64,000 nt of DNA, taken from the human T2T-CHM13v2.0 reference genome, Homo sapiens. The translations under genes and the position numbers were made by a program. A model generated the notes under the pieces. It saw only the letters and a program-made list of their open reading frames with translations, made no database searches and had not been told where the DNA came from. Where the stretch lies: the NCBI RefSeq assembly GCF_009914755.1, contig NC_060926.1, one strand, 5' to 3'. Shown piece by piece: positions 61,525 through 64,000 of the stretch. The stretch's first letter is position 1, and the number at the start of each line of letters is the position of its first letter.

Positions 61525-62223
61525 TGAAACTGCCACTGCAAAATTATAACTGAGACACTGAAAGAGATCTGACCTAACCAACTCCATCTTGCTTCTAACC
61601 TCCAAGCTGTCCTTGTTCATTCCTAACTTTAGGAGGAGCTTTGTTTACAGTTTACAACAAAGACAGTAACAGCCCTTTCCCAAAATGAACCTCCTTCTTG
61701 CCTGGGGACTAGACTGCTTTTGTAGGACTAACAAATTAGCCAAAAGGTTAGAAATTATGGTTTAGGAGTCATGCAGCTGGAGGCTACAAGATTCTGACCC
61801 TTCCCACATTGCTACTGGGAATAACATCACTATTGTAAAACCTAAGATCAGTGCTTGAGATATCTTGCAGACCCTGCACTTGATGGATCAGCTGGCACCA
61901 CACAGATCGATAAGCTGGCTCATCTAATCTTGTGGCCACCACCCAGGAACTGACTCAGGGCAAGAGGACAGCTTCGAATCCCTATGATTTCATCTCAGAC
62001 CCAACCAATCAGCAATCCTGACTCACTAACTCCCCACCCACCAAATTATCTTTTAAAACTCTGATCCCTGAATGCTCAGGGAGACTAATCGAGTAATAAT
62101 AAAGCTCTAGTCTCCTGCACAGCCGGCTGTGTGTGAATTACTCTTTCTCTATTGCAATTTCCCTGTCTTGAAATTGGCTTTGTCTAGGCAGCAGGCAAGG
62201 CGAACTCGTTGCGGGGGGTTACT
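61525..62223 (+). mobile_element. LTR8-family ERV1 solo LTR
   Basis: Starts TGAAACTGCCACTGCAAAATTATAACTGAG and ends GGTTACT (terminal CA mutated); 4-bp TSD GGAG. Confidence 0.8.
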
Positions 62224-62359
62224 GGAGGATCATTTAAGGCCAGGGGTTCAAAGGCACAGTGCACTATGATCACACCTGTGAATAGTCGCTGCAATCCATC
62301 CTGGGTGACATCAAGACTCGTCTCTATTTAAAAAAAAAAAAAGATGCTCCTATCTATCA

Positions 62360-62665
<306 letters not shown>

Positions 62666-62924
62666 TCAGGCCGGGTGCGTTGGCCTGTAATCTCAGCACT
62701 TTGGGAGGCCGAAATGGGCAGATTACTGGAAGCCTGGAGTTCAAGACCAGCCTGGGCCGGGGAGGCGGAGGCTGCAGTGAGCCGAGATTGCACCACTGCA
62801 CTGCAGTCTGGGCAGCAAAGTGAGACTCTGTCTCAAAAAATAAAAAGAAATTTCAAAGGTTTTTGGAGTTCTGTGCCAGGGACCTGGGACAAAGACCAAA
62901 TATATACTTTGTATTACACCAAAG

Positions 62925-63070
62925 GTAAGGACTATTATTATATCCATTTTACAGTTAGGGGAACTGAGGCACAGAGGTGTTAAGTAACTTGCCTTACATT
63001 ACACAGCTAGCTATAGCAAAGACAGGATTTGAACCCAGACAGCCAGCTCCAAAGGCCACATGTTAGCCAC
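62925..63070 (-). mobile_element. MIR (other half at ~60260-60329, split by MER21)
   Basis: ccattttacagttaggggaactgaggcacagaggtgttaagtaacttgcc ... ggatttgaacccag. Confidence 0.8.
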
Positions 63071-64000
63071 AAAACTAGAATGCCTTGCTCTGTGGGACTC
63101 TGGGGAGTCGTGGGGTGTGGTCCTCCTCCACAGGGAACCCTGAGGGTTGCCCCCTTCAGAGGGCAGAGCAAACAGCCACCCCACTGGGAGAAAGAGCATA
63201 ATCAGACTCAATGCTGTGCGGGGAAACCGTGATTCGTTGTGGGGGAACAGCCCTGATTTGTAGCCACTTTCAGTGGTGAAAATAATTCCACCAAAGCTGA
63301 CGACACTGAACTCCAAGTTGGGCACAGAGATGCACAATCACTGGCCGCCAGCCGACTGCAACACACACCACGCACAGCTCTGTGGGGCTGAGGACTTTGC
63401 TGGGTGTCCCCAGTAGGTCCGTGGTTCTAAGAGGGCAGCTGCTTCCACCAGCGTCTGCACGACAAGCAGAAGCTTCCTTCCACTGTCTTAGGCTTTCAGC
63501 CCCACTCAGGGCCTGGACTGAGAGGACAGCCTTGCCCCTCTCCAGTTTGGTGGGCAGCACCTCGCTGGATTCTCGAAGTGGACTCTCCCCTCTCAGCCAG
63601 CCCACCCAGGGCCCCGCTTGTTTGCTAAATGCTCCACACACGGCAATCTGGATGGCACCCTGAGGCCATGGCTCTGTCTTCACAGGGACACCCCTGTCTA
63701 AGTCCACCCTTCTGGAACATGGGGGTCTCCCATTCTTTCTAGCTCAGCTAGGTATTTAACCTACTGTGGACCACATTTTATCCAGCATTTCTGTGTGTTT
63801 GAAGAGAGTGAGAATGTGTGTGAGGGGGTATGTGTGTGTGCACTGAGATAGCAGGCTTCCCACTCACTCAGTCCACCATATTTCTTAGGGTGATTTAAAT
63901 TTTTATTTATAGGTAGTCATTTTTGCTTCTATGTGTCTTCTGATTTTTTTTTTTTTTTTTTTTTTTTTGAGACAGAGTCTCACTCTGTTGCCCAGGCTGG

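Overview
This is human (primate) genomic DNA. I recognise it as the NMUR1 (neuromedin U receptor 1) locus, which I recall lies at 2q37.1. The only protein-coding gene I can support is NMUR1 on the minus strand. It has three coding exons (10798-10800 ATG only, 8562-9456, 5482-5864), all with GT-AG junctions, totalling 1281 nt = 426 aa + stop, and a CpG-island promoter. The remaining ~53 kb upstream is very repeat-dense: dozens of Alus, MaLR/ERV LTRs (LTR5_Hs, LTR7, MER4, MER21, LTR8, MLT1/2), L1/L2/MIR fragments, a 5'-truncated SVA_A-type element, an RPL21 processed pseudogene, and long (CAT/CAC)n and (GAA/GGA)n tracts. I found no convincing new biological system. The most notable observations are an intact HERV-K Np9 C-terminal reading frame in the SVA, an ATG-initiated flank/LTR5 chimeric ORF ending in the Np9 tail, multi-layer nested insertions with visible target-site duplications (TSDs), a 128-bp local duplication with a fold-back junction, and a 26-bp hairpin duplication next to CTCF-like motifs at the NMUR1 promoter. 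Repeat family names come from recall of consensus sequences, not from a database search, and repeat boundaries without a TSD are approximate.
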